From Eukaryota sp. TZLM1-RC (Eukaryota > Protista > Metamonada: BaSk clade): a stretch of DNA of 64,000 nt. Of this stretch, positions 34,390-45,399 are shown piece after piece. Both the position numbers and the translations under genes were made by a program. The stretch lies in the NCBI GenBank assembly GCA_040285825.1, contig JAUPSS010000007.1, positions 2,392,689 through 2,456,688 of the forward strand. The letters are read 5' to 3'. Numbering within the stretch: position 1 is the stretch's first letter; every line of letters begins with the position of its first letter. The notes below the pieces were generated by a model. The model ran no database searches, was not told the origin of the DNA, and was given only the letters and a program-made list of their open reading frames with translations.

Positions 34390-37054
34390 ATGACTTCTGA
34401 CTCTGATGTCAAAATAGAGATGGCGAGTTCCAAAGAACCTCCAGCTCCCAATACTGACACCATTCATTCAAATAGTCAATACTCCAACTCATTCCGTAAC
34501 TCTTTTACTTTTTACGGCAGGGATGCAGATTCATTCTTCGCATCCATAGCTCGCAAAATTCGGGGTAATGAATGTGAGAACAAGGCCAGTCTCACAACGT
34601 TTCCGGGTGTTTTTGTCCCTGCTTGTGCTAACATCCTTGGTATTCTTCTTTTTGCCAGACTTTCATGGATCGTTGGTACCGGGGGTCTCTTCCACTCTCT
34701 CACGATCGTATCCATGTCTCTCCTTTGTACGCTTCTCACCGCTACATCCATGAGTGCCCTTGTCACCAATGGGAAAATCAAATCCGGTGGAGCTTACTTT
34801 GGGATCTCCAGAACACTTGGTTCTGCTCCTGGAACAGCTGTTGGTGTCCTTTTTTACCTCTCCAATGTCTTTGGTTGTTCAATGTACATTCTAGGAGCTG
34901 TGGAGTTTATGATAGATGGCCTTGGACTCTCAATACCTGGCACCATTTCTGTTTATCAAGTTCAACTCATTTCTTATATCTGTTTGGTCCTAATTGCAGG
35001 GTCTTGTTTCATTGGTATAAGGTTTGTTTCTTCACTGGCGCCTGTGTTTTTAGGGATTGTGATTTTATCGATTATTTCTATTTATTTAGGATTTTTCATT
35101 CCTTCTGATATTCATGAAGAATTCAATGTTGGTTTTGCTTACTCCAATCTACAATCCAACTGGGCCTCGGCCTCTGATTCAACCGTGTCTTTCTCCGTTC
35201 TACTTTCTATTTTCTTTCCTAGTTGCACAGGTCTACTAGCAGGGTCAAACAAGTCTGATACTTTAAAGAACCCTTCAAACAGCATTCCCAAGGGTACAAT
35301 TATGGCATCTTTGTTTACCGGGTTTATTTACCTTTCTTTCACCTTCATTTGTGCAGGGGTCTATGACAGAGATTCAATGCTGGAAAACAGGCTATTGGTT
35401 ACTTACACTGCTTTTCCACTACCAACAGTTGTCCGATATGGAGTGGTGTTTGCTTCTTTGGGAGCTGGCCTTCAAGCTTTGAGTTCAGCTCCCCGACTGC
35501 TATACGCCCTTGCCCAAGATGAGTGTGTCCCTTTTTTGAAAATATTTGCCAAAACAACATCCAGAAATGAACCAACGAATGCTATTTTGGTCACCACGTT
35601 TTTAGTTGGAGCAGTTTTGATTTCTGGAAATTTGGATTTTGTAGCCCCATTGGTTACGCATTTCTTTTTGTTGTTTTATTTTTCTATTAATTTATCTACA
35701 TTAATATTATCAATTTTGAAGCCACCATCATTTAGGCCAGATTTCAAATACTTTTCTAAGTTCAGTTCATTTCTAGGTGCTGCACTTTGTCTGAGCTATA
35801 TGTTCTTTATTAGTTGGATTTTGAGCGTTGTCACGTTCATTCTGGCCCTTTTATTGATTTTTTATGTCCAAAAACGTGGCGCCGAGAAGCAATGGGGTGA
35901 CTCTATCAAAGGTTTGAAGTTTTACAATATTTACCATAGGATTACAGTTACAAATGACCCGTGACTCGCTTGTCTCCCTCCGAAAAGTGTCTGTGAACTC
36001 TGTCCATGCTAAGAATTGGCGACCTCAAATCCTGGCGGTTACACAAGGAAAGCAAAGTGATACAAGACTTACTAAAATCGACAAGGGTTTGATTGCTTTT
36101 CTTAGTCATTTATCGGAGTCTAAAGGTATTACCATGATTTACTCTATCTTAAAAGAAGTGGACCATTGCGATGTGAGTAGCTCACGGGTTGTTAATGCTC
36201 TTCAACAGTGCTGTGATGAATTTGAACTTGAAGCTTTCTGCAAGGCTATTTTAACCCCAGTTAACAATGAATCATTCAGTTTCCTTTGTCAGGCAGCTGG
36301 TCTAGGGGTTCTCTCTCCTAACTGTCTGATGTTTCCCTTCTCAAACACTTGTGATGAAAGCGTATTAGTGGATAGACTCAACACTGCATTTGATTTACAG
36401 CAGTCTGTTTTAATGTTCAAGGGAGCTGAAAATTACTATGATTTTGTTAATTCTTCTGGAAATAATGCTGATAGTGAGATTATAGTGTTTTGGTTAATCT
36501 ATGATAGTGGACTCTTGCTCATGCTGTTCCATTTACTATCCAAGCATCCATTTTGGAAAGGTTGTACTGTACGATTGTATTCAATTGCCACTCTCAACGA
36601 TAACTCAGTTCAGATGAAAAACGACATTGAAAAGTTGTTGGCAAGGTTTAGGCTTAGAGCCAAAGTACGAATTTTGGAGCTCACCGATTCTTCCCCCTAT
36701 GAATATGATCGAACTGTGGCTTTAAATACAAGAGCAGAATTACTTTCCAAGTTGGAATTAGAACGGGCAAACAGCCTTGAGATGGTAATTGAAAGTAGCA
36801 GATTAGGTTCAACTTCCGTCGTTAATGATGGGGATACTCATTTGGCTTCTGCTTATGCTATTAATGAATTGGTCAAAACGAGATCTCGAGCTGAAGATTT
36901 AGTTTTAATCAATTTACCTCCAATGAACATGTTTAAGGAGCAAGATGAGTCACTGAGATCCTATGTGACCTTCATTAGGAAGTTGGCAGAAGGAGTTCCT
37001 CAAATGTTGTTGGTAAAGGGCACAGGGGAGGAAATAGTTATGGATTTTCTTTAG
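34390..37054 (+). CDS. SLC12 cation-chloride cotransporter (KCC-like), with a 28-nt intron at 35912-35939
   Basis: GVFVP..NILGILLF.RLSWIVG, TNGKIKSGGAYF.ISR.LG, FFPSCTG..AGSN, APRLL.A.A.D, WGD, KNWRPQIL, DSGLLL and C-terminal LLVKGTGEEI. The intron joins the two ORFs in frame (WGDSIK-G-LQLQMTR). Confidence 0.92.
35912..35939 (+). other. Spliceosomal intron, 28 nt
   Basis: GTTTGAAGTTTTACAATATTTACCATAG. Its removal restores the frame. Confidence 0.85.
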
Positions 37055-37852
37055 AGTTTTTGCATTTCTATGTATCACTACGTATATTTCAATATTTGTT
37101 ATTTGTTTTTTGTCAGTTTTCCTGATAAATGTATGTTGATCCTTCACTCTGACTGGCCTTTATCATTTTCAATTATATGCTTCTAAGTCATTATGACAGT
37201 AACAAAAACTTAAACCTATATCACTACCAGCTGAGGGATCAAAATGAGAGAATACTTTCTTCAAACAAACTTTACTTTTTGGATACGTAATCATTGTTTA
37301 TTAAATTGCCATTATCTTTTGAAGTCAATGTTTCACAGTTGTGATAATACACTTTAATAGAGCAAACGAGGGAGTTTTTCATATTTTTGGTAATTTTTTT
37401 AATTTACAGGAGAAATGGTTAATTGACAAGTTTTTGACAACTTTGGCGAAGTTGACAACATTTTTTTCCAAAATTTTTGTCATGTCTATGATCGTTGTTC
37501 TTACTTTTCTGCATAAATGGTGTTTATTTAATCCTGTCCAATAATACTACCATACAACTACTCAATTCTGGGATGACTATTGGGAGGTTTGTTGTTGACC
37601 GCACAACCGCACATAATTCACAAAAGTACAACCGGTTTTTTTTACTCTGGTTGCTAGCTGTGTATCCACGTCGTTCTCTGTCGCAGATCAGATAACAGAA
37701 GATGGTCGCCTGAAGATCTCAAGCTAAAGGGAAACCCTTCCCACAAAGGCCTATTGTCGAAGAGCTTGTTGTAGATCAGTTCTTGTATCAAAAGCAAACA
37801 AAGGAGGTGGAGTGACTAAAGGTTCATGCAACATTCAGAAATGTAGAATATT

Positions 37853-38473
37853 ATGAGAAGTGTGACAAAGTTGTCAAAATATTTGCCCTCGGAATTATTT
37901 GTCCCATTGAAAACTAATCAATCTTTAGCTCAATTACTGGTTAACTTTTCTATCAAGTGCTTTTCTGAGGTTCAAGATCGTAATAAGGAGCCTCAATGGT
38001 TATTGGAAACAATTGATTTGGCAAATGCAAATGGTCTAAATTGCACCGAATTTGCTGAATGTTTGCCAATGTTTGAATCTAAAAAGACTCCTCCTCTAAT
38101 GTTAACTTTTGGTACCTTCAATCAAATTAGTCAGGTCAAGGAAAATCATTTTGATACTGATCACTGGTTGTTGAGAACATTGGTGAAATCTTATAGTTCT
38201 TTTCAAAGTCAAGAAGATTCTGATTGGAATGTCAAAATTTTTGACAAGTGTTTGAACTCCTTCAATTTCGAAAAATTCACGTTTTCTCAATTAAACGAAA
38301 TTATTTCGCCATTGGGTAAGTTTGAAGAACTCAATTCTACTCTATGTCAGTTTATGTTCCATGTCATGAATCCTATTTTTGCACGTCAGCTAGATAAGAT
38401 GTCTGACAATGGTTTCAATGAAGCTAGTGAACCTTCTTCAGTGGGCTCACGAGCTGTCAAACAGTCCGAGTGA
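37853..38473 (+). CDS. Hypothetical protein, possibly a fragment
   Basis: 206-aa ATG ORF with no recognised motif. Confidence 0.35.
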   Translation: MRSVTKLSKYLPSELFVPLKTNQSLAQLLVNFSIKCFSEVQDRNKEPQWLLETIDLANANGLNCTEFAECLPMFESKKTPPLMLTFGTFNQISQVKENHFDTDHWLLRTLVKSYSSFQSQEDSDWNVKIFDKCLNSFNFEKFTFSQLNEIISPLGKFEELNSTLCQFMFHVMNPIFARQLDKMSDNGFNEASEPSSVGSRAVKQSE

Positions 38474-38697
38474 ATTGGAATATAATAAAATTCAGGTAAA
38501 ACATCAATCAAAAGGGCTTTCCATTGCAATTTAGGCAAACTAATAACCTTTAAAGAACTAAGTCGAACTCTTGAGTCGAAGGAATTAAGTCAGCTCAAAT
38601 CAACATAATGACCTTCTTTGAAACCGTCAAAGAGTTCATCCAGCAAAATGGTTGGAAGTTTGTTTAAAAAAATATTTTTACAGAAATAGAATTCTGT

Positions 38698-39365
38698 CTA
38701 GTATTCAATGTCCTCCAAACAAGCATCACTATTACTAAACCTACTCACAGCATTTCGTTTATATTCTACACCAATTGCTGAAAGAGCGTTAGAAATCATT
38801 GTTTTAATAGACTTGAAAATGCAAAACACAATTCTATTTGACCAGAAAGGGGAATTAATTTTTTTACGAGACCTATTCAGCAAAAACTTTCTTGAAGTTT
38901 TCAAAAAAGTGGAACCCTGAAGATCCAATATTGCCAAAAAGAGAAATTGCAAACGGCACAAATATTTCACATGTTACACTCTACCTAATTGTGCCAATGG
39001 TTCTTCATATTTCTTTATTTTGTTTTTCCGGCGTTAGATAGTGGCGAATCAGCAGAATACATCAAAAGAGCAGCAGTATTTTTGCAAACATCAACTGAGA
39101 CAACATCCACAACATTGAGAACACCATCAATCTCTGGAGCTACTAAATCTGCCATTCTTCTACTAAAGAAATCATCAGTTTGATCTGGAGATAGCTCACG
39201 AACTAACGGGACAATAAATGCCTCTCTATTGAAACTTTTGCACATAGCAAATAATTGATCACGAACTGAAGCACGAACAATTGATCGATAAGTTATAAAA
39301 CATTTGCAGTTTCAATATGGGAAAGAGTAACCACGTTTTTGCAACGACAAATTAAATCATTTGGA
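38698..39365 (-). mobile_element. 5'-truncated RLE retrotransposon (Zn finger/endonuclease part), family of 900-4290
   Basis: Close nucleotide match to 917-1590, with RRMADLVAP, VVDVVSVDVCKN and SDACLEDIEY. Confidence 0.9.
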
Positions 39366-39438
39366 ATCAATTGGAAAAGTGAATCATCTATTTATCATCT
39401 ATTTAAACGTAAACCAGTGCAAAGAAACATCTGTGTCA

Positions 39439-40017
39439 ATGAGTACGGCACTGTTTACGTCAGTGAGCACACACCCCTGTGGTATTCAGTTCTGTAACAT
39501 ATCTTTATCTCGATCCAACCAGCAATTACTGAACTTTCTTACGTCACTTCCTAGTAAGTATTCCCCTTCTTCAACTTGTAGCACTTGTCAAGACTCCACA
39601 TCTTCACACTTTCTTCCCATTTGTACAGTTAGTGAAATTAATCTCAAGCTTTCTTCTGTCAAACCTGTATGTGATGACTGCTATCTCTTACATCAACCCA
39701 ACAAGGTTTTGTCAGCCTTCGCTTCATCAGACTTGCAGCAGGGTAAAGTTCACCCTCTACTCACTAAATGGAGTTTTGTTGCAAATAAATCATTAGATGA
39801 AGTGTCTCTTCTTTCAGAAGGTGCCACTGCTGCTTATGCTCTTTTAAATCTATGTTCCTCGCTACCCATTGTAGATCACGAAGGAAATGTAATTTCTACA
39901 AACTGGAAAGGGGATAATTTTATCAGTTTTTTGAAGGAAAATACAGCTAATGAAGATAGTTCAGATGAAGAAGTTGTTAAAGATAAACCGAAAAAGAAAA
40001 GAAACAGAAGAAAGTAA
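39439..40017 (+). CDS. Hypothetical protein with CxxC...CxxCxxxH motif and basic C-terminal tail
   Basis: ATG at 39439 (MSTALF), CSTC...CDDCYLLH, C-terminal KPKKKRNRRK (NLS-like). Confidence 0.6.
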   Translation: MSTALFTSVSTHPCGIQFCNISLSRSNQQLLNFLTSLPSKYSPSSTCSTCQDSTSSHFLPICTVSEINLKLSSVKPVCDDCYLLHQPNKVLSAFASSDLQQGKVHPLLTKWSFVANKSLDEVSLLSEGATAAYALLNLCSSLPIVDHEGNVISTNWKGDNFISFLKENTANEDSSDEEVVKDKPKKKRNRRK

Positions 40018-40093
40018 ATTGTTTTTAGTTTTAATTTAGTCTGTTAACTGTAAAAATAAAGAAAACAAAATTTATACAAATTCAAAAACAATT

Positions 40094-41152
40094 CTAATTT
40101 AAATTGACAATGGTTGAACCACTTCCAGATGCAATCAAGAATGCGTCTTTCTTTTCCGAATAAGCATCTAGTTGCAGATAGTCCACTAACTGATCAGCAT
40201 CTAGACCCAAAGTTTCAGTGATACTGTGGTAGACATCCATGTCAGCTTCATTGAGAATACGAACAGCTTCAGCTTCTGCCTGTTTACCAAGAGTATATTC
40301 CTGAGCTTTAGCAGTAGCATCAACAATCCTGATCTGGGCTTCTATTTCAGATATGAGTAAATTGGTTTCAGCATGGATAGCAGCGGTTTGTTGTTCATAT
40401 TGGCGTTGACGGGCAATCTGGCGCTCAACTTGAACGTTCACGATACTACGTTCTACATCTTCTGAAACTATGATGATTCTTCGAAGTTGAAGAAACTCAA
40501 TGTCGTAGTATTGAATACCTTCATTTTCATTGCTAGACAACTGTCTGTCAACCAAGGCGGTCTTCATGGCATCGGCTATTTCTGTTCTCATTTCAAAATA
40601 GTCAGAAAGCTGGTAGTTTGAGGCGACTGATGCCAAGGTAGATCTTGCCGTTTGTCGCCACAATCTAAGAGCGTTTTGAGCATTGGCTTGGTTGGCAATG
40701 AGATACTTGACATTCTCCTTACGAATTGTGTATTGGAATGAAACGTCTAACTCAAGAGAAGTTCCATCACTGGTACGAGCAACAATGCGTTTAGCATCAC
40801 TCATGTCGGAAAAATCAAGAGTGACCATAGTTTTGGGGACGGTCATGAAAGATTTAAAGAGGCCTACATATCTTCTACCAGGTTCATAAATAGTGCTACA
40901 ATCTATCGAAGAACTTAAGGAGTTGTAGAGACAAGCATAATATCCTTGTGGTAGCACTGAAAAGGTTAACGCGAAAACAGTAATGGCAGTCACTACAGCA
41001 AGAGCAGCTCCTATGATGGAGACCTTGACAGCTTTTTGCATTGGGTATTGTTGAAATAAGGAATTGTTTTTTGAATGTATTGCATCAACATCAATCAGTG
41101 ATTGATTTGGTTCTACCTTCTTGGAATAAAATGCTACGAACTGCTGAGGCAT
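40094..41152 (-). CDS. SPFH/band-7 (prohibitin-like) membrane protein; alternative start at 41041
   Basis: N-terminal TM, EPGR..G, ARTSDG....LDVSFQY, QLRRI, and an Ala/Glu-rich coiled coil (AKAQE..AEAEA). Confidence 0.85.
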   Translation of the reverse strand: MPQQFVAFYSKKVEPNQSLIDVDAIHSKNNSLFQQYPMQKAVKVSIIGAALAVVTAITVFALTFSVLPQGYYACLYNSLSSSIDCSTIYEPGRRYVGLFKSFMTVPKTMVTLDFSDMSDAKRIVARTSDGTSLELDVSFQYTIRKENVKYLIANQANAQNALRLWRQTARSTLASVASNYQLSDYFEMRTEIADAMKTALVDRQLSSNENEGIQYYDIEFLQLRRIIIVSEDVERSIVNVQVERQIARQRQYEQQTAAIHAETNLLISEIEAQIRIVDATAKAQEYTLGKQAEAEAVRILNEADMDVYHSITETLGLDADQLVDYLQLDAYSEKKDAFLIASGSGSTIVNLN

Positions 41153-41636
41153 CGGTTAACCATTGTATAATTGTTTGTCATAGACAAAATACAACTATTT
41201 TAAGTTACATGGTTCCCTTGGAACAAGTGCTTTATCTTTCTTGAATTACTTCACTGAAATTGTGAAAAACCGAACATCGATAGTTTGACAAGACGGTTTG
41301 GCTGACCAGATTTTTTTTCAATTTTTAAAGGTGTTGTACCCTTGTTATCTTCTGCTTTGTTATCTCTTTGTCGGATCTATGAAGGAAAAACTTGCAGCAA
41401 ATTGTTATGGCTGATCTGACGTACGATTATATAGAGTTTTAAGTTTGTTGTTTAGTTGCTCAATTAATATTAGTTGTTAATTGATTACTGTTCGTTCTTA
41501 ATTAAATGATGCTGTCAGGCATATTATTATTGACATGGCATTAAAGAGCCTTCGCTTAGAGAAACGCAAAACAAATTTGAATAACTTCGTGAAAGAGGAG
41601 ACTATCGGTAGAAGCAAGAAATTGTATGAATGATTT

Positions 41637-41717
41637 TGTTGGCGCCCTAAGGCTTTTATAATATGAATAGAAAATAACTTATCTTTATCTCAACCACTTT
41701 TGCAACCTAAGGCAACA
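41637..41717 (+). repeat. LTR 1 (81 bp)
   Basis: TGTTGGCGCCCTAAGG...CCTAAGGCAACA. Confidence 0.95.
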
Positions 41718-41800
41718 ATAATTATTGGCCGTATTAGGTTATAGGTATACCGTTTACACAACTCACAGCTATCAAACAGAGGATATCTTCAGCAGATATC

Positions 41801-42091
41801 ATGTCAGTCTCTCCTCGCCAGGACACTGACTCCAGCCAAATTTTTTACATTAGACAGATGCAACAGTACGACAGAGATGCTTTGAGCATACATACAACAT
41901 CAGTAGGGACTGAAGAGTCAAATAAAGAAGAGGACTCGGGCTCGAGACCACCCTCCGCCCCTCCTCATGAGAAAGATATGGAACCAGGCACGGAACCACC
42001 TCCCGCCTCTTCCAAATCAAAAACAATGGAACCAGGCACGGAACCACCTCCCGCCTCTTCCATGTCCAACAAACCAGACCTTACGAACTAA
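41801..42091 (+). pseudogene. 5' fragment of the element's first (gag-position) ORF
   Basis: Starts 84 bp after LTR 1. Similarity to the inverted copy ends at 42078. Carries a duplicated MEPGTEPPPASS. Confidence 0.7.
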
Positions 42092-42123
42092 TCCAACTTA
42101 CTTGGATTTGTGCTGTCTGCTTG

Positions 42124-43003
42124 TTACATGTATTCTCTGAAACAAGTAGGAGCCCCATCCTCTACCTCTGAGTAGTTATGGATGATCGTATCAAAGTACG
42201 AATCCATCCATGCCGGTAATTTGGTTTCCAGGATGTCGTCGGTATCGGTTCTGTTCCTTCGTTCGATGGCTAAGAACCTGATCCTTCTCCCGAACTGATC
42301 TAAATGAATGGCTTCCCAATCAGGCCTATCTTTGATAGGTTTTGCCAGAATCACATGGATCTCTCTATCCATACCGGTTATCCTAGGACGGCGTTCTGCC
42401 CCGCGTCCATAGGTCTCTCTACTCAAAGTGTCCAACGCGTTAATGAGTTCTCTTCTCTCATTTTGAGGGAATTCGTAGACTCTATTAGGGTCCCCTTTAT
42501 GGCCCAGAGTCTGGAATCCCACATTTCTACCAGATTTTGATATTTGTTTCCAAAGGGGAGGGAGCTGCTCGAACAGACAGTAATCTGTTGGTTCAAGGTG
42601 AGCTTCCGCGTCCTTCATTATCTGTTGGCGAAGCTCTTTTTCATCGTCGTCCATTTCTTCTAAAACGGACTGGAGTTCTTCGTAGTCCTTTAGGGCAGAC
42701 GAAGTATCCGAGCTTAACTCAACATTTTCTTTAGGTGAGGAGGGGGGTGGTCCCGTTCCTGAAACCTTATCTGGTTTGTTGGACATGGAAGAGGCGGGAG
42801 GTGGTTCCGTGCCTGGTTCCATATCTTTCTCATGAGGGGGGGGGGGCGGAGGGTGGTCTCGAGCCCGAGTCCTCTTCTTTATTTGACTCTTCAGTCCCTA
42901 CTGATGTTGTATGTATGCTCACAGCATCTCTGTCGTACTGTTGCATCTGTCTAATGTAAAAAATTTGGCTGGAGTCAGTGTCCTGGCGAGGAGAGACTGA
43001 CAT
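42124..43003 (-). pseudogene. Inverted, longer copy of the gag-position ORF with a frameshift at the G-run ~42836-42846
   Basis: Reverse-complement match to 41801-42078, then continues as a 232-aa ORF. Confidence 0.7.
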
Positions 43004-43086
43004 GATATCTGCTGAAGATATCCTCTGTTTGATAGCTGTGAGTTGTGTAAACGGTATACCTATAACCTAATACGGCCAATAATTAT

Positions 43087-43248
43087 TGTTGCCTTAGGTT
43101 GCAAAAGTGGTTGAGATAAAGATAATTTATTTTCTATTCATATTATAAAAGCCTTAGGGCGCCAACATGTTGCCCTAGGTTGCAAAAGTGGTTGAGATAA
43201 AGATAATTTATTTTCTATTCATATTATAAAAGCCTTAGGGCGCCAACA
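43087..43248 (-). repeat. Two tandem inverted LTRs (43087-43167 and 43168-43248) joined CA/TG with no spacer
   Basis: The junction reads GCCAACA|TGTTGCC. Each copy is 81 bp. Confidence 0.95.
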
Positions 43249-43364
43249 CTGCTTCTTCCCTTTTTCAGAGCTAATAGGCTTATATAAATATGAATCTAAA
43301 CTATAAACAAATAACTAAATAACTAAATAACTACAAATAACCTATTCTAAACTGAGAATTAACA

Positions 43365-44054
43365 TCACTTCCTAATTCGAGTACTACGTCTAGGCCTCTT
43401 GCAAGGCGTAGAGCTATTGGAGGTACTCTTACGTTGACTAGAGGTACGTTTTCCAATTTTCTTGTTATTCCTACTGAACAACTTGTAAGCTTCTGAATGT
43501 TTAACTGAATGGAGAGGCTCTTCTGTTGTCTCACCGCCAAACCATTGAACAGTACAGAAACTACCTGAGTCAGAATTATATTCTGAGAGGATTTTCTCTA
43601 TAACATGTTTCTCAGCATCGCCTGCTGCGACTGCCTTAAGGAATTCGATATCCTGAGGATTATCTGCGTTATAGATTTTACAATCTTTCTTGGCAGCCTT
43701 TAATTCACTGCCAGTGATAAGATTCTTTAATAATAAAGTAGAGTTGGAAGGATGGTCTATTACTAAAAAGGGTCCGTTCCAAGATCCATGTAATTTATTA
43801 TTCTGTTTGGTTTTACGTAGGACATAGTCACCAATATTAAATACTATAGAGCGCGAATTAGTATTGTCTACTGAAATCGGAGTATTTGATAATTGATGAC
43901 GCTCTGCTTCTTCCCTTTTTTCTTGCAGACGAGTATTTTTCATCTTAATGTCGTCTAATAAAGGTATATTGGAATCAAATTTTGATAAGTTTCCTAATAT
44001 GTTTGCAGGGTCCGATCTTGGACTAATCGAAGATCCGAACATTAGTTCGTAAGG
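43365..44054 (-). pseudogene. Inverted integrase C-terminus (GPF motif plus chromodomain)
   Basis: Reverse complement of sequence starting at 44369, with a few SNPs (TTEEPL vs TTKELL). Confidence 0.9.
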
Positions 44055-44077
44055 ACTAACCGTTCAAACTGCGCAAA

Positions 44078-45058
44078 CTAACCGTTTGCGCAATTTTTGG
44101 CATACCTATGTTAATTCATAGTGATAATGGTCCTGAGTTCGCCAATGAGACTTTTAAGATAGTGTGTAATAGATTAGCTATTGAGATGAGTAACTCAATA
44201 CCCCACTACTCTGAAAGTAATGGACTCGTAGAGCGAAAACATAGAGACGTTCTACAATGCTTGAGGAAATTATTAATAGATTTTAATGATTATGGAAATT
44301 GGTCTACTTATGTACCCATATCCCAAGTATTAATAAATTCCACTAAAAGCAGAAAGACAGGTTTTACACCTTACGAACTAATGTTCGGATCTTCGATTAG
44401 TCCAAGATCGGACCCTGCAAACATATTAGGAAACTTATCAAAATTTGATTCCAATATACCTTTATTAGACGACATTAAAATGAAAAATACTCGTCTGCAA
44501 GAAAAAAGGGAAGAAGCAGAGCGTCATCAATTATCAAATACTCCGATTTCAGTAGACAATACTAATTCGCGCTCTATAGTATTTAATATTGGTGACTATG
44601 TCCTACGTAAAACCAAACAGAATAATAAATTACATGGATCTTGGAACGGACCCTTTTTAGTAATAGACCATCCTTCCAACTCTACTTTATTATTAAAGAA
44701 TCTTATCACTGGCAGTGAATTAAAGGCTGCCAAGAAAGATTGTAAAATCTATAACGCAGATAATCCTCAGGATATCGAATTCCTTAAGGCAGTCGCAGCA
44801 GGCGATGCTGAGAAACATGTTATAGAGAAAATCCTCTCAGAATATAATTCTGACTCAGGTAGTTTCTGTACTGTTCAATGGTTTGGCGGTGAGACAACAA
44901 AAGAGCTTCTCCATTCAGTTAAACATTCAGAAGCTTACAAGTTGTTCAGTAGGAATAACAAGAAAATTGGAAAACGTACCTCTAGTCAACGTAAGAGTAC
45001 CTCCAATAGCTCTACGCCTTGCAAGAAGCCTAGACGTAGTACTAGAATTAGGAAGTGA
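44078..45058 (+). pseudogene. 5'-truncated retrotransposon integrase with GPY/F motif and chromodomain
   Basis: FGIPMLIHSDNGPEF...ESNGLVER (D,35,E), TGFTPYELMFG, KLHGSWNGPF, IEKILS...VQWFG..TT.E. Confidence 0.92.
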
Positions 45059-45174
45059 TGCTAATTCTCAGTTTAGATTAGGTTATTTGTAGTTATTTAG
45101 TTATTTAGTTATTTGTTTATAGTTTAGATTCATATTTATATAAGCCTATTAGCTCTGAAAAAGGGAAGAAGCAG

Positions 45175-45255
45175 TGTTGGCGCCCTAAGGCTTTTATAAT
45201 ATGAATAGAAAATAAATTATCTTTATCTCAACCACTTTTGCAACCTAAGGCAACA
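45175..45255 (+). repeat. LTR 4 (81 bp), preceded by the polypurine tract GAAAAAGGGAAGAAGCAG
   Basis: Same sequence as LTR 1 except for one SNP. Confidence 0.95.
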
Positions 45256-45399
45256 ATTTCCAAAAATTAATTGACGAAAAACAAAGGAAGAGATTTGATG
45301 TCTTTTGCGGTGCTCACGAATTCCATTCGCCATAATTAATTAGCTATTTCATCCAATAAGGTAAGCAATGCGGAGAAAATAAGCATATGAAAATTTTGT

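Larger units (their letters stand above)
41637..45255 (+). mobile_element. Rearranged Ty3/gypsy chromodomain LTR retrotransposon with 4-bp TSD (ATTT); PR/RT/RNase H absent
   Basis: Direct 81-bp LTRs TGTTG...CAACA at both ends, ATTT at 41633-41636 and 45256-45259, PPT before the 3' LTR, and integrase-GPF-chromodomain coding sequence. Confidence 0.92.

Noticed and set aside
35940-35964. Overlapping ORF pairs (SLC12 here, also NEK at ~48120) as programmed frameshifts or separate genes
   Set aside because: Both are fully explained by short GT-AG introns that restore conserved motifs.
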